Origin: Rebecca billardiae RCC1528 | Lineage: Eukaryota > Protista > Haptophyta | Assembly: GCA_965240325.2 (NCBI GenBank) | Contig: OZ251231.1 | Location: forward strand, 248,001 to 312,000 | Direction: 5' to 3' | DNA: 64,000 nucleotides | Shown: positions 1 to 13,454 of the stretch, in pieces | Numbering within the stretch: the first letter of the stretch is position 1 | How the letters are laid out: each line of letters starts with the position of its first letter | Notes under the pieces: generated by a model | The model's input: the letters and a program-made list of their open reading frames with translations, nothing else | What the model was told of the DNA's origin: nothing | The model's database searches: none | Translations under genes and position numbers: made by a program

Positions 1-757
1 TGATGCTCGACGGCATGCGCGAACGCGCAGCCGCACGCACGCGTTGGCCGTGTGCGCGCACGACAGGGATTAACCGCGCGCGCCTGCGAGGGCGCGCCGA
101 AGCCGCTGTTATGACAGGCTGCGCCAGAAGCAGATGTCGTGTTGTCGACTGTGCGCGCGCGCGCGAGAGCAGAGTGCGTTGCACGTGCAGCTTCGCACGT
201 AGCTCGCGCACCTCAGATCGCCGTGACGACGCGGACCGGGACTACCGAAGAGGCTCTCAACCACGACGACGTCGCCGATCAGCGCTAGAGCAGCAGGGTC
301 GTGCTCGTCGCAGAAGAGCCAACGCTCGTAGCCCACGGTAGGCGCGGGCGGGGGCAAGCCGACGCCGCAGCCGTGCTGGAGCGACCTGAGGCCCTAAAGC
401 TGCGGCTCCTGCACGTACGCGAGCCTCGCCTTCTCCACCCACGCGCACCCGGCCGCACAGCACCGCGAACGTGCCCCTCCCACGACGCACGTTGCCATCG
501 CCCAGCCGCTGCCTGGCCGGGGCCCAGTGTACCTTCTGAGCTCCTCGCGCGCCACTCCAATTCCCGTATTCAGACTCCGGACAAATAGAAGCCGTAACGG
601 TTCTGAAATAGCCTTATCACGACTTCACGAGTTATCTCCACCGCAGCTTTCATTCAGCTTCATCTTCCGTAACAGCGCAGGCCGACGACAGGCCGAGTGC
701 TGCAGTGGTCAAGGCAGCGCCGGCGCCACTTGGCCCCCGTGGCTCGCCCGGCACGCG

Positions 758-2513
758 ATGGCGAGCGCGACGACGCCGCGCCGCGCGGAGCGCGAGGCGT
801 ACGAGCGCGCCCGACGGCGCGACGAGCAGCGCACCACCGCGCCGCCCAACCTCCGCCTCTGCGTCGCCGGCACGCGGTACGGCGTGGTGCGCGAGGCGGC
901 GGGCGCGTGCGGCTGGCAGGCGGTGGAGGACGAGTACGAGGCGTGGACGCTGTCGTGGATGGACACGTCGGTCTCGCTCACGCGCGTGCAGCGCCTCACG
1001 CCCACCCAGAAGCTCAACCACTTCCCCGGCATGCACGCGCTCTGCGACAAGCACTCGCTCGCGCGCCACCTGAACGGAATGGCCGAGCTCTTTCCCGCGG
1101 CGTTTGACTTCTTCCCGACGACGTGGGCGCTGCCCGCGGGGTTCGCCGACTTCCGCGCGCACTGCGACGCCGGCCGCGCCGCCGCGCCCGACGCGCCCGC
1201 GCGCACGTACATCGTCAAGCCCTCGCGCGCGTCGCAGGGCGCGCGCATCTTCCTGACGCGCTCGGCGGAGGACGTTCGGCGCGCGATGGCCAAGGAGCCG
1301 CTGGTGGTGCAGGCGTACCTGGGGCGGCCGCACCTGCTGGGCGGGCTGAAGTACGACCTGCGCGTGTACGTGCTCGTCACCTCTGTCAGCCCGCTGCGCG
1401 CGCACGTCTGCCGCGAGGGCCTCGTGCGGATGTGCACGCGCGCGTTTGAAGACCCAGACTCGGAGGAGGTGAGGGCGACGGCGCGCGGGGCCGCGCGGCC
1501 GCGGGGCGCCGCGGGGCGCCGAGCGCGCGAGGCGCGGCGGGCAGCGCGCGCGGCGCGCACACGCCTATCCGTCCCTCTCTCGTGCGCGTGTGCGCGTGTG
1601 CGCGTGCGCGTGCGCTGAGTCACTAGCGCATGCGCGCGCCGCCCCGCCGCCGCCGCGCCGCTGCCCGCAGGGCCGGCGCGCGCTGGGCGCGCGCACGATG
1701 CATTTGACGAATTACGCGGTGAACCGGCGCTCCGCCGCGTTCGAGGCGGGCGACGGCGAGGGCACCGGCTCAAAGCGCACGCTCTCCTCGCTGCTGCACG
1801 CCCTCAGCGCGCAGGGCCACGACGTGGCCCAGCTCTGGGCGGCCGTGCGCGAGGTCTGTGCAAAGGCGCTGCTCGCGGTCGGCCCGGCGCTGGCGCGTGA
1901 GTACTCGTCTGCGCGCACGTCGGCGGGCGCGCACCCGTTCTCGTGCTTCGAGCTGCTCGGCCTCGACCTGCTCCTCGACGAGACCCTCCGCCCGTGGCTC
2001 ATCGAGGCCAACCACTCGCCCTCGCTCAAGACCGGCACGGCTGTCGATGCCAAGGTCAAGCGCCGGGTGGTGAGCTCGGCGCTAGAGCTTGCAGCCTTCT
2101 CGCAGGCCGAGTTGCGCGCGGTCGGGCGCGGCGCGCGCGCGGGCGCGCGCTCCGCCGCGGCGGAGGAGGAGGCGCGCGCGCTGTGCGCGCTGCGCGCAGA
2201 GTACGAGGCCGCGTGCGCCGCGCGCGGCCCGTGGGAGCGCGTGCTCCCCGCCGACTCCGAGCGCGCCGCCGCGACGCACGGCGGGTTCTTAGCGGCCGCA
2301 CACCGAATGGACTCCGAGCTCGCGGCGAGCGGCCGCTCGCGCGCGATGAGCGCGCATTCGCTCGGCGGCGCGGCGCGGAGGCCGCGCGCCGCGAGCGTGC
2401 CCAACGGCGGCGCGCGGCCGCACTCGGCGCGCGGCGTCGGGCACACCGCCGCCCCGGCCGGGGGCGTGCTCTACCCCGCCCTGCTCGGCGGCGGCGGCGC
2501 GGGCGCGGGCGGC

Positions 2514-2567
<54 letters not shown>

Positions 2568-3680
2568 CAACTGTCGCCGTCGCCGCGCGGCGGCGGCGGC
2601 ACGGCCGCGGCGGCGGCGGCCGCGGCTGCTGCGGCGGCCGCGGGTTCGGCTGCGCTCACGCGCACCGCCGGCGCCGCCGAGCTCGCGCGCGGCGTCCCGT
2701 CGTGCGAGCAGCTCGCGGCGGCCATGCTGTCGTGGGCGCGCGCGGGCGCGACCGCTCAGGCGCTCGAGGCGGCGGTTGAGCACCTCGGCCGCGCCGAGCT
2801 CGACAGCTCGGCCGCGGCCGTGTCTGCCGCCATCGAGGCCGCCGCGCGCGCGCAGCACCGCGGCACGGCGATCGCGCTCGCGCGCGAGGCGCACAGGCGC
2901 GCGGTCCCGCTCGCCCTCACGTCCGCGCGCGCGCTCGTCGCCGAAGTCATCTCGCACCGAGACGACGCCGCCGCGGCCGCGGCCGTGGCGGCGGGTGGCG
3001 CTGGCGCGCCCACTGCGGCGGCGGGGCGCGCCGACGGCGGCGCCCGGAGGCCAGCCGGCGCCGCGCAGCCGCCCCCCGCGCTCTGGCGTGGGTGGGGCGA
3101 CGGCTACTCCGACAGCTACGCCGCGTGTGCCGCGCTCGCCGCCGCCGCCGCCGCGGTGGCCGAGCAGGCCGGCGCCGAGCCCCCGGACGAGCGGCTTGTG
3201 GGCTCGAGCTCGCAACTGCGGCAGCGGCTGGCGAGCGCGCACGCAGCCGCCGCGGCCAAGGCGGACGGCGGCAAGGCGGTGGCCGCGGCGGCGATGGCGG
3301 CGGCGACGCTCGCCCTGCCGCGCTCGCGCGCCGCGGCGGTGAGCGCCGCGCTCCTCGTCGACTCGGGCCGCGGCAGCTTCTCACGCGCGGCCTTTGCGCG
3401 AGGCGGCGAGCGCGTCTCAAGGCCCGTGGGCGGCGCGCACACGATGGGGTGCGCCGCGCCCGCGCCCGCCGCCGCGGGGCGGCCGCGCGCGCCGGGCGCG
3501 CCGCCGGTCGCGGGCGCGGCCGCCGCGTCGTGCGCGCCGCCGGGCGCGCCGCGGCCAGACAGCGCGCCCTCCGCGCTGTGTGAGCGCGCGCACTCGGCCG
3601 GCTCGATCGCCACCGCCGCGCCCATGCACCACTCGGCTGCACGCGGCGGCGGCGGCGGCCGGCCTCGCACAAGCGCACCG

Positions 3681-3712
<32 letters not shown>

Positions 3713-4235
3713 GCACGACGCGGCGGCAGCGGCGGCGGCCATACACAACCTGAGCGACTCGAGCGCCGCGCTGGCCGCGGCCGCCGCGTCCGTGCTCGCC
3801 GCGCGGCCTTCGCACCTCGGGCACGCGCCCGCGCGGTCGCTGGCCGCGGCCGCGCCGCCGCCATCCAAGCCGGCAGCCGACGCGTCGCCGCCGCCGGCCG
3901 AGGCGGCGGCGGCGGCGCGGCCGCTCGCGCGCGCGCGCGCGGGCACGCCGCTGCCGCCGCAGCCCGCCGCGCCCTGCTGCGCGGCGGCGCTCGCTACGCC
4001 CGGCTCGCCCGCGCCGCACACCGCCGCCGCCGCGCGCGCGCGCGGCCAGCAGCGCGACGCCAACATGAGCGCCGCGTATGCGCCAGCCGCGCCGGGCAGG
4101 CGGTTGGTGCGGGCGGCGCCGCCATACGCGGCCGCGCCCGCCGGCGGCGGACGGCCGCGCTGCCAGCGCGCGCACTCCACCGCGGCCGTGCTCGGCGGCG
4201 GCGCGCCGTCTGCGGCGGGCAGCGGGCACTCCTAG
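758..4235 (+). CDS. Tubulin-tyrosine ligase-like polyglutamylase (TTLL6/7/13-like) with long low-complexity C-terminus; 2 exons (758-1468, 1671-4235)
   Basis: TTL motifs WMDTSV..QKLNHFPGM, FFPTTWALP, YIVKP..SQG, KYDLRVYVLVTSVSPL..EGLVR, MHLTNYAVN, CFELLGLDLLLD..PWLIEANHSPS. Phase-0 intron GTGAGG 1469..CAG 1670 joins two ORF-track frames. Confidence 0.92.
2500..2568 (+). repeat. (GGCGCG)n coding microsatellite (poly-GA)
   Basis: Tandem GGCGCG units inside TTLL exon 2. Confidence 0.85.
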
Positions 4236-5033
4236 TAGTTGATGCGCACCTGTGGCCTGTGTGGGAGAAGGGATGGCAGTCTGAAAGGTTGCTGAGTGCC
4301 CTGCCCCTGACGCAGCGCCAGCGCCGCACCGGCGCACCGCGCAGCCCGCGCGGATTCCGCTCGGTGAGTCGCCCGGCTTGAAATTATGAAATAGACGACA
4401 GTAGTTCAATGAGCGCAACGCCACGCGCCGCTGTCGGGCCTGGGCGCCGCTAGAGAGGCCCTAGCATCGCCCCATGCTCACCATCCAGCCGCGGAGTAGC
4501 CCTCCGTCACGCCTCTCGCGACATCCTGTCAGCCACACCGTTTGAGCAACGCGGCTGCCAGCCGCCTCGAACTTCGCGGTACGCCGTATGGTGCCGATCG
4601 TCTCAGCGTCATCGCGTGCACGCTTCGAAACAGAAATGAGAGCAGCTACAGGACGCATCAGCCGGTTCTCTTCACTACCAGGGCTAAAGCGCTGCGCGTT
4701 GCAACTCCAGCGGCATCAGCACGCACACACACCTATTTCGGGCGTGCAACGGGCAGCACGTGCGAGCTGTAGCGTTTTACTGCCATGCAGACCGCGCGTC
4801 GAGGACAAGGTGGCAGAGACGACGGATGACAGCGTGCCGATGCAGTGCATGCCCTTCCAACCGGCGTCTACTTGCCAGGCATCCACCCCGACGGATGATC
4901 CGGCGATGACGCCGGTACTCTGAACGCTCACAGTAGGCGAGGCGGCATGCCGCCATGCGGGAAACCCACGAAGAACCGGCTGGGCGCATGGCGGCAGGCG
5001 GCATGCACAAACTCCCAACTCTGTCCAAACAAC

Positions 5034-6547
5034 ATGCTGCTGCTCGCGCTGCACGCTCTTGCGGCGGTCGTCGCGAGCGCGTTGATGCAGGAGGAGTGCG
5101 CGCAGCTGCTCCGCTCGCTCACGGGCGCGCCGATCTTCTCGTCGAAGGACACCCTCGCCTTCGTGCCGCACTCATCGCCGGGCTCGCTGCCAACCACGCC
5201 AGCGGTGGACAACCAGGCCGTCATGGCCGACGTGTACGCCTGGCGCCAGCGGGCGCTGTGCGCAGAGCTGTCGCGCGACGTTCGCGCGGCGAGCCTGCTG
5301 CGCGAAGCATTCGTCTCGGGTGGCATGCGTGCGAGCGAACTAGGCGTGGAGATGGACCGCTACTTTGCGCACGCACGCGCCAGCGCGTCGGAGCCGCTGC
5401 TCGACGCGCGCGCGGTGAGCGTGGACGAGCGCGTGCGGCTGGTGAGCAGGCTGCTCATGGGGTCCACCGACTGGGCGCGCGCGGCTGGGCGCACGCCCGA
5501 CGCGATGTGCGGGCCGGACATGGCCCACGGTGCCGAGTTCAACCGACGCCGCCTGGAGACCAACGCGCCCGTGCAGCACGCCCCGCCTGAGCGGATCGCG
5601 CAGATCGTCGGCGCGGACCCGCGCGCCGCGGCGATGTTCCGCGCCCTCGAGCGAGATGGGTTCGTGCGCATCGAGCAGTTCGACGGCGGTGACGTCGCGC
5701 GCGTGGCGAGCCGAACCACGCGCGCCCTCGACCGGGCCGCGCGCCGCCTCAGCGCGGCCGACGCGCGCAGGGCGCAGGTCGAAGCTCCCCAGAAGGACTC
5801 GAGTGCCGTGGTGGCGGAGGTGACGCGCGTGCTGCATGAGCCGAGCCTGCGACGGGTGCTGCACGCGTACCTCGCACCGCACCTGCCCGCGTACAACATG
5901 AGCGGCAACGCCTTCTACCGCGCCACGCGGCTGGTCCCGTCCTTCCACGACAAGGCGCAGTTCCAGGCGGGCCACTGGCACCACGTGTGTGCGGCACCGC
6001 GGGCTCTCCCCACGGCCGCGCGCCGCCTCGCGCCGAGTCTACCCTCGCGTGTGCTGCGCGCTGTGTGTGGTGTGAGCGCGCGCGCGCGCGCGCGGCTGAC
6101 GTGCTGCGCCCCGCGTGCCTCGCGCAGGACGGCGTCGGCCGCCAGCTCAAGCTCTTCTACCTGGCGCACGACGTGAACGAGACCGGCGCTCGCGCCATGT
6201 GGATCGCTCCGGGCTCGCACAGGCTGTACTACTACAGCTCCACCTGCTACCTCGACTCTCGCTTTGACGAATCGTGGGTGCGGCGGAGGTACGGCGTGCA
6301 GCGGGTGGGCGGGCGCGCGGGGGGCGGGTTCTTGTTCGACACGAACGTGCTCCACCGCGCGTCGTGGGAGGATGTCGGCGCGCGCCGCGATACGCTGCAG
6401 GTGCAGCTCGTCTCGCCCGGCAAGTGCGACGCCCTCGTCCGCGGTCCGCGCCGGCGTGCCCCACGCGTGACTTACTGGACGTGCCCGTTCCGAAACGGCG
6501 TGCCGGTGCTCGACATGGAGCAGCACGGGGTCAGCAGGAGATACTAG
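5034..6547 (+). CDS. PhyH-like 2-oxoglutarate/Fe(II) dioxygenase with N-terminal signal peptide; 2 exons (5034-5984, 6128-6547)
   Basis: FRALERDGFVRIE; splicing GT5985..CAG6127 creates WHHD (HxD), followed by LKLFYLAHDV, WIAPGSH and FLFDTNVLHRA (distal His); hydrophobic start MLLLALHALAAVVASA. Confidence 0.82.
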
Positions 6548-6721
6548 CGCGACGACATAAGCGCGGTACCGTTCCGTTCCGCGGTTCCGCGTTACGAGCC
6601 GGCGCCACGTCCGTGGATATCGAGCCATATACTATACTGAACGTAGTATCGTACTGTCGTCGCTATCACTCGCTACGCGCCTACGCAGTACGCCTACTCG
6701 GTGGTCTGTCGGATGCCACTG

Positions 6722-7525
6722 TCAGTACTGAGCCGCCTGCCCGTCGTCGAGGGCGGCCGCGGCGTGTGCCAGCTGTCTCATCACGACGCACACGACGCGC
6801 AGCCGGCGCGCGCGCTCGCGCTCGGCGCGCGCCGAGGAGGCGGGCGGCGCGCGCGCGGCGGGCGGGCCCGCGCCGCCGGCCGCGCCCGCCGGCGGCTCAT
6901 CGTCCGCCGGCGGCGCGGCGGCGGCGGCCGCGGCCTCCTCGGCGCGCGCCGCCTCGGCCTCGGCCGCGTCCGCGAGCGAAGTCGCCCAGTCCGCGGCGGT
7001 GTGCGCCGTCGCCTGCTCGGCCTGCAGCGTGAGCGCGGCGTCGAGCACGGCCTGGTGCGCCTCGTCGCCCAGCGGGCCGCCGAGGAGGCTGTGCTCGGCG
7101 AAGCGCATGCCGAGCTCGTCGAGGCCCGCGCCGCCGCCGCCGCTGTCGGCGCTGCCGCCATGGCCGGCGCGCGGACTGAGCGAGGTGGCGGAGGAGCGGG
7201 CGGAGAGGCGCGCGGCGCGCGAGCGCGGGCGGTGGAGGGCGTCGGTGTCGGCGTCGGCGCCGCCGCCGCCCACCTCCGCCTCGAGCAGCGCGAGCTCGGT
7301 CGCGCGCACCTCTCCCAGCGGAAGGCACATCTGCGCCAGCCACCAGAAAGCCTCGGCCAATTCACCGTCAGGGTCTGTACCGGCGAGCCCGACCGAGCTG
7401 AGCGCGCCCGCCGCCCAGACGGAGGGCGGGGCGCCGAGCCCGCCGCGCAGCGCGGCGCGCGCGGAGGCGGCGGTGGCACGCGTGCGCACGACGCTCTCCG
7501 CGCCCTCACCCGCGCCACCGCCCTC

Positions 7526-7561
<36 letters not shown>

Positions 7562-7880
7562 CAGCGCGCGCTGCCACACCGCGTTGGCGCCCGCCTGCTC
7601 GTGCGCCGCGCGCGCCGCGGCCGCGAGCGCGAGCGCGCGCGCGGCGTCGAGCGGCGGCAGGGGCGGGTGCGCGGTGCTCACGTCGACGAGCAGCTCGAGC
7701 ACGCCCGCGCGCGCGTCCGAGTGCGCGCACACGCCGCCATCCAACACGAGCGAGCCGAGCGCCTCTGCAAGCTCAGAGCGCTGCGGCAGCAGCGGCGGTT
7801 CGGCGGCGGCCGCGGCCGCGGCCGCGCCGCCGCCGCCGCCGCCGTCCGCGCCACCGCCGTCCGTGCCGCCGGCTGCGCGC

Positions 7881-7913
<33 letters not shown>

Positions 7914-8488
7914 TGCAGCCTGCGCGCGATGCCGAGCGCGCGCGCCGCGCGCGCCTCCCGCGACGCACGTGAATAGTACTTGGTTGCGTGCTCAGCGCGA
8001 GAGGACCCGCTTGCGTGCGTGTCCGCGGCGTGCGCGCCGATCACGGCCGAGAGCTCGGCGAGCAGCGCGCGCGTGTCGGGCGGCGCGCGGTCGTCGCGCG
8101 GCGGCGCGCGCACGGCGGGCGTGCGCAGGCTGAGCGCGCGCAGCTCGCGCAGCGCCGCCACCTCCTCGTCCGTGCCGTCCCGTTCCAACTGCCGCTCGAC
8201 TTCGGGAAGCTGCAGCACGCGCTGGCCGGCGGCGGCCATGCGCGCGAGCACGCGCGCGGTGGCGGCGCGGACGGGGGCGCACACCTGCCGCTCGCCCAGG
8301 ACGAAGCGGAACGAGTGCGCGTGCCGCTCCACCGTCAGCCGGTCGGCGTGCGCCTCTGCGCCGCCGCGCAACGCCGGCGCCGCGCCGTCCACGCGCACAG
8401 CCTCAAAGATCGCCGCGCACGCCTCGACGAAGGCCGTGCCGTCGCGGCGCTCGGAGGAGGTGGCCGCGCGGCGGTCGGCGAAGGACAT
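6722..8488 (-). CDS. Hypothetical protein (Ala-rich, probably helical)
   Basis: Long ORF from ATG 8488 (MSFADRRAA) with host-like codon usage and Glu/Leu-rich helical segments; no family recognised. Confidence 0.65.
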
Positions 8489-8699
8489 GGGCGCGGGCGG
8501 GGCGGGGGGCCGGGCGCGCCCGCGTGTATGGGGGCGGCACACTCCGCCGCGCTGCGCGCCCGCGCCCGATCGTCGTCGGCCGGACAGCCCCGGGCCGGAC
8601 TCATCACTCAATTGCTTGGTCGAATGAATTTCGTCGAATCGGTGGCGGTGACTGACTATCGGGCGGTCCACGAGTGTGGTCCACGGCAGGCGGCGACTT

Positions 8700-8745
8700 G
8701 TATATATTAACGACGTGGTATGCAACGGGCAGGCGTCAGAGTCAG
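8700..8745 (-). repeat. Short terminal fragment of the (TA)n-anchored dispersed repeat
   Basis: tatatattaacgacgtggtatgcaacgggcaggcgtcag matches 54050-54085 and 61022-61058. Confidence 0.75.
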
Positions 8746-11700
8746 CAAGCTGTAGCAGCAGATCGAGCAGCAGAGACAAACACCAGGATCAGCGCTCCTC
8801 GCCCGTCGCCGTCGTCCCCCCCCTCATAGTCGCCCATCACTCCATCGCCGAGCGGAAGCTCGACGCACCGTCTGGCGTCGACATATATATATACCGCGAC
8901 TCGCTCGCGCGGCCGCCAGCTGCCCCGTGACCCGCCGAGTGAGTAGTCTGGCGTCCCCGCGACTCGGTAGGGGGTCCAAGCCGCGGAATTAAAAATCGAA
9001 AATCGACTGACCGATTTCGCGGTGACCATTTCCGAACATTGTTGCCTCGAATTGCGGCAGCACGGGCCGCGGCCGTTCAGAGCACGGTCGAGCCCGAGAT
9101 CGGGCGAGTAGCACGCCTGGGCGGTGGACTTCATCGTCGCGTCGGCGCGGCGGAGCGCGCTCTGGCGTCAGAGGCGCGCGGGCGGGCGAGTCAGGGTGGC
9201 CACCATGACAGCGGTCGACCAAATGATCGCTGGCAGCTCGCTCTCACCGGACATCTTGAACCTCACAGCCCCGCTCTGCGCGCCGTTCGAACTCTCATCC
9301 GGATGAGCGCGGACAACGCAGCCCCGGTTTCAGGTGAAGCGTGCACGCTGCGCGCTGGTTTACACCTGGTTTAGCTTGTCCATGATGAGCATGAATGACC
9401 CCCCGGCGCTCGGCCTGGTGCGTGCAGTGCTCACCTCCCCACGCGCTGCGCATGCACTCGCGCGATCGCTGGCCGCTCGTTCGCAAACGGGAGTGCGCGG
9501 CAGTCGTGGGTGGTAAGCAAGCTCGGCGACCCTGTGTACGCGCGGGGCCTGTCTTCCAGCTCACAGTAGTACCGCCAGAAGCTCCAGCCGGCACGTGTCG
9601 GCTTGTTTGTTGTGCCACTTGGCGTGCCGCTTGGCTGCATGCAGCAGCCGAGCTGCGCTGAGGCGAAGAGCGTGCACCTTGTCACGAACGTCAAGCTTGC
9701 TGCGGAGCAAACGCGCGCCGCCAAGCTCCGCTATGACCGCTGCCACATCTGCACACCGTGTCTTCGTCTCGGGAGTGCCTGCGCCACTGTTGGCGGCCGT
9801 CTTGGAGCAGCGCGCGGACTGCATGATGCTCGGGGCAGGAGTGCTGCTGGGCGCGGCAGTGGAGGCAGAGAGCTCAACGCTCGCCACCGAGCAGCTCGCA
9901 GAGTCAGAGGTAAGCTGGAGCAGCCTCGACTGCAAGCGCTGTAGCCGCAGCAGAGGTGGACCGGCGGCGGCCTCGCGTGGGCTGGGGTACGACGAACGGC
10001 GACGGTGCCGGTGACACCTGAGTACGGGCAAGGAAGCCGCCCGGCACATGGCGAGCTAGTCTGCGCACGCCAGCCTCGACGGCGGAGAGGACTCTCACGC
10101 CGGGATGGTGGCGGCATGTTTAGTGGCGGAGTTGGCCGTGTGCCGCAGCACGTGCAGCCCGCCACCGGCATCAGGCCCGCGTTCGCGGGCCGGCACTCAC
10201 TGATGTGCTGAGTCCAGTGGCATGAGCCGTCTCGGCGCCGCCGTACTCCGTATTCGGATGACCCAGCAAGTAGTGAGCAAGGTACCCATGTATAGACACT
10301 CACTTGAATACATATGGCAAAATTAACCGCATTTGATATATAGTGGGTAACATGGTGCTTATATGCGGGTACGTTCCCATAATTAAATGGGTAATGTGCT
10401 CGATCTTGGAGTCGTTTTTCATGGACGTCTACGCGCACAGCATTGTGCCCCACTTTTTCGGTATTTTCACCATAAAATCCTCTGGATAGAGGGCAGCGCT
10501 TGTCAATAAGTAAGTCCGACCGCGTATCGTCATCTAGCTGCCATGACAAGTAGGTAACATTCGGCTGAATCTCTATGTGACACAGCGGGCGCCGCTGCGT
10601 GCGCGCGCGGCCGCGCGACGACACGCGGAGTCGGTTTTTAGTGCTTCTGGCGGCTGGGCTGGGCTCTGGGACATATTTGAGGGTGACTCCGCAAGCGTCA
10701 CGCTCATCAGACGCCTACATGGCATGGTTGTCAAATATCACCAATCGGTGGGCTGCTGGCTTGGACCCCCTAGACTCGGCGGCCAGCCGGGACTCCCGGA
10801 CCGCGGATCACCGCGGCGACTCGCCACCCCGGGCACCCGGTCGCGGCCGTCGGACAGCCGGACCGTGCCGACTACCGCTCAGACTGTCACTGATGAGACC
10901 TGACGATGACGTCGTATTCGGCTACGCGCCGCATATATCCGATCGTCCGACACTGCTGACCCGGAGGGCCGGAGTACGCTGGTCCGAGAGTTCTCACTCC
11001 GCCATAAATAAGATGACAAGTGTGACCCAGTGACCCGACTGTCCGCGGACCGCGGCGCGGCCGCGGACCGCGGGCTCGGGTGCGCTGTCCGGGTGCTGAT
11101 GAGCTCACTGAGCAGGACTCACAGCGCCGCGTTTCTGAAAGGCTTGGCTTGCGAGCCGGCGAGATCGACACGCGGAGGACAAAAGAAAATCATATTCCTG
11201 CTTCGTCGCACCAATAGACTAAACGAAGATCGGACGGAGATCGTGGTCTTCAGATGCAAGACCTGGAAGCCCCCCTTGGGAGTTTTCAGTTGGGGCTCTC
11301 AACGCGGCCCGGCGAGGCGGACTTCTTAGGATTCTGAGGATCCTAGAGCACGGGCGGCCGGCGGGCGAGCACACGACGCCGCCCTGCGGCGGGGAGCCGT
11401 CCGCGCCGTGCACGCTCACTGGCACCCACGTCTCCTCCGCCGCGCTGCTCGCCTCCCGTCCACGTCGTCTGACCGACGCCCGTCGGCACGTGACGTTCAC
11501 GTTGCCCACGTCGCGCTCTCAGTGGGAGCGCGACGAGCACGCCGCTGCCCGCACCCTTCGATGCTTTCCTCTTCGCATCGGGCGCGCTCGTGCTGTGGAG
11601 CCTGCGCGTGCAGGAGGAGGAGCTCTTTCTCAATCAACGTCGTGCGCGCCCGCCTTCATTCACGCTGCGCCGCGCGGAGGGGGAGAGCGCGCGCGGCTGG

Positions 11701-13454
11701 GCGCCCGCTCGGCCGGCTGCTGGGCTCGCGCAAGTCGGAAGTTCCGGCGCTCGACCTGACGCTCCCCAGCGAGGAGGCCGAACAGATGGATGTCCCAGCT
11801 GCGGCTCACTGTGAGAGCAGCTTGTGGGAGCGGGCTCCTGCACGGCACGGTTTGTAAACAAGGTTGTCGACGCCCAGGGTGGGCTGGCTGCGGTGAAGCT
11901 CAGGGCGTCCACCGACACCAGCGCAGCCAGGCGTGAGGCCCGCCTTCTCAGGAAGCACAGGTACGCGTCCAAGGCGTTGCCTGGATGCAGCATGCAGCTC
12001 ACGAGTGCGGCCTCGTCGCCCGCCGCACGGTGCGCCGTTCTACGCGGCCATGAACTCGTACGGAGGCACTCGCGGCGTACGCGGGTACGGTGGGGAGGGC
12101 AAGCACAGACTATGGAATTGTCATGTCTTATCACTCTGGCATCGAATCCAAGGTCAGCCCGGGCAGCACGCTCGCGGCAGTGCACGCCGCTGGGTTCACC
12201 AAATCGGCCGAGGCCCGTGCAGACTCGTGACGATGCCGAGTTGGCGAGTTATTGCAGCGCCGGTGCGCACGGCGCCCCGCGTCAAAGGGAATTGAGTCAA
12301 AGGCCCGACGACTCTTGGGAGCTTGGCACTAGACGGACGACAGCGCGGTGGGCGTCGTCGTCACTCTGCTGCCCGCCAGTCACTCAATATACAGATGACG
12401 ATCATCATCAGAGCATGCAGTCACCGCGTGTCGAACTATCGCGATTGGCGAGTGCCGCCGCCGGACCAGACTCATGTCCCATCACGGGATTACGGTGCCG
12501 CATCACGTCTCGGACGGATACTCGGATCTAGCAGTAGCAATAGCGCCAGCAATTCATCTACGACTTCTAGCGCCGGTCCGACCGGCGGCGGAGACGTTCC
12601 GCCGGCGGCGACAGAAGTGGTGACGCCGCCCGCACTGATGGCGCAGCGCCCGGATCTGACACTGACTTCTGAGTCGGACTCGGATCGGGATGAGGAATTC
12701 AGGAAGTAGGTGAACAACGACGAGTAATAATAACGGGCTAACAAGTGCGCGCGCGGGCCCGACGTCGGATGAGTCGTCGGAACGAATAGGCGGAATAACG
12801 TCCTGGAATCGGCACGACTCGGCGGCGCGCCACGGCCCGCCGGTACTACTACACGGTCCGATAGTTATACCGCCGTTATTATAGCAGTACGTACGCGGCC
12901 GTATAGTCGACGACCGGTAGTCGTCGTCGCCGAGCGATCATTCGCGGCGAATCAACACGCGCGGCTCACCGCCCGGCAAAACAAGCGTTGCACTCCACGC
13001 TGTGATCCTCTGGCCCGGTCTTGAGGACGTCGCCGCATAACTCCATCAGCTCAAATGCGACCTGCGGGAGGTGAAAACGGCACATGCCGCGGACGCCAGG
13101 CCCGAACGACATGATGAGCTTGCCCGCCGCGGACCGGCCCGCCACCACCCTTTTGATGTGCATCCGGCCGATCGACTGCGCAGCGAGTCTGGCCACGCAG
13201 AGGCAGCGTCGTGAAAGGCGTCGCCATCGTCTTCATCCATGTCACCGTCACCGTCGCAAGAGCCGTGGTGAGCGCCTATAGGAAGGCCGGCGACCCCAAC
13301 CTGCGGCGCGACGCAAGCCCGGCGGGCCTGCCGTGTACAGTACAGTGGCCGGGCCCGCATCACAGAGCTGCAGTGTTGGTCGGCTGGAGTTGAATACGAT
13401 GCCTGGTCTTTCAGCCCATCTTCCAATCCCCAATCCCACTTGAGTTGCGACCAT

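Noticed and set aside
1-520. Left-edge ORFs
   Set aside because: Short, interrupted and unrecognisable
11340-13260. Degraded coding-like stretches, possibly transposase
   Set aside because: No recognisable motif or consistent frame
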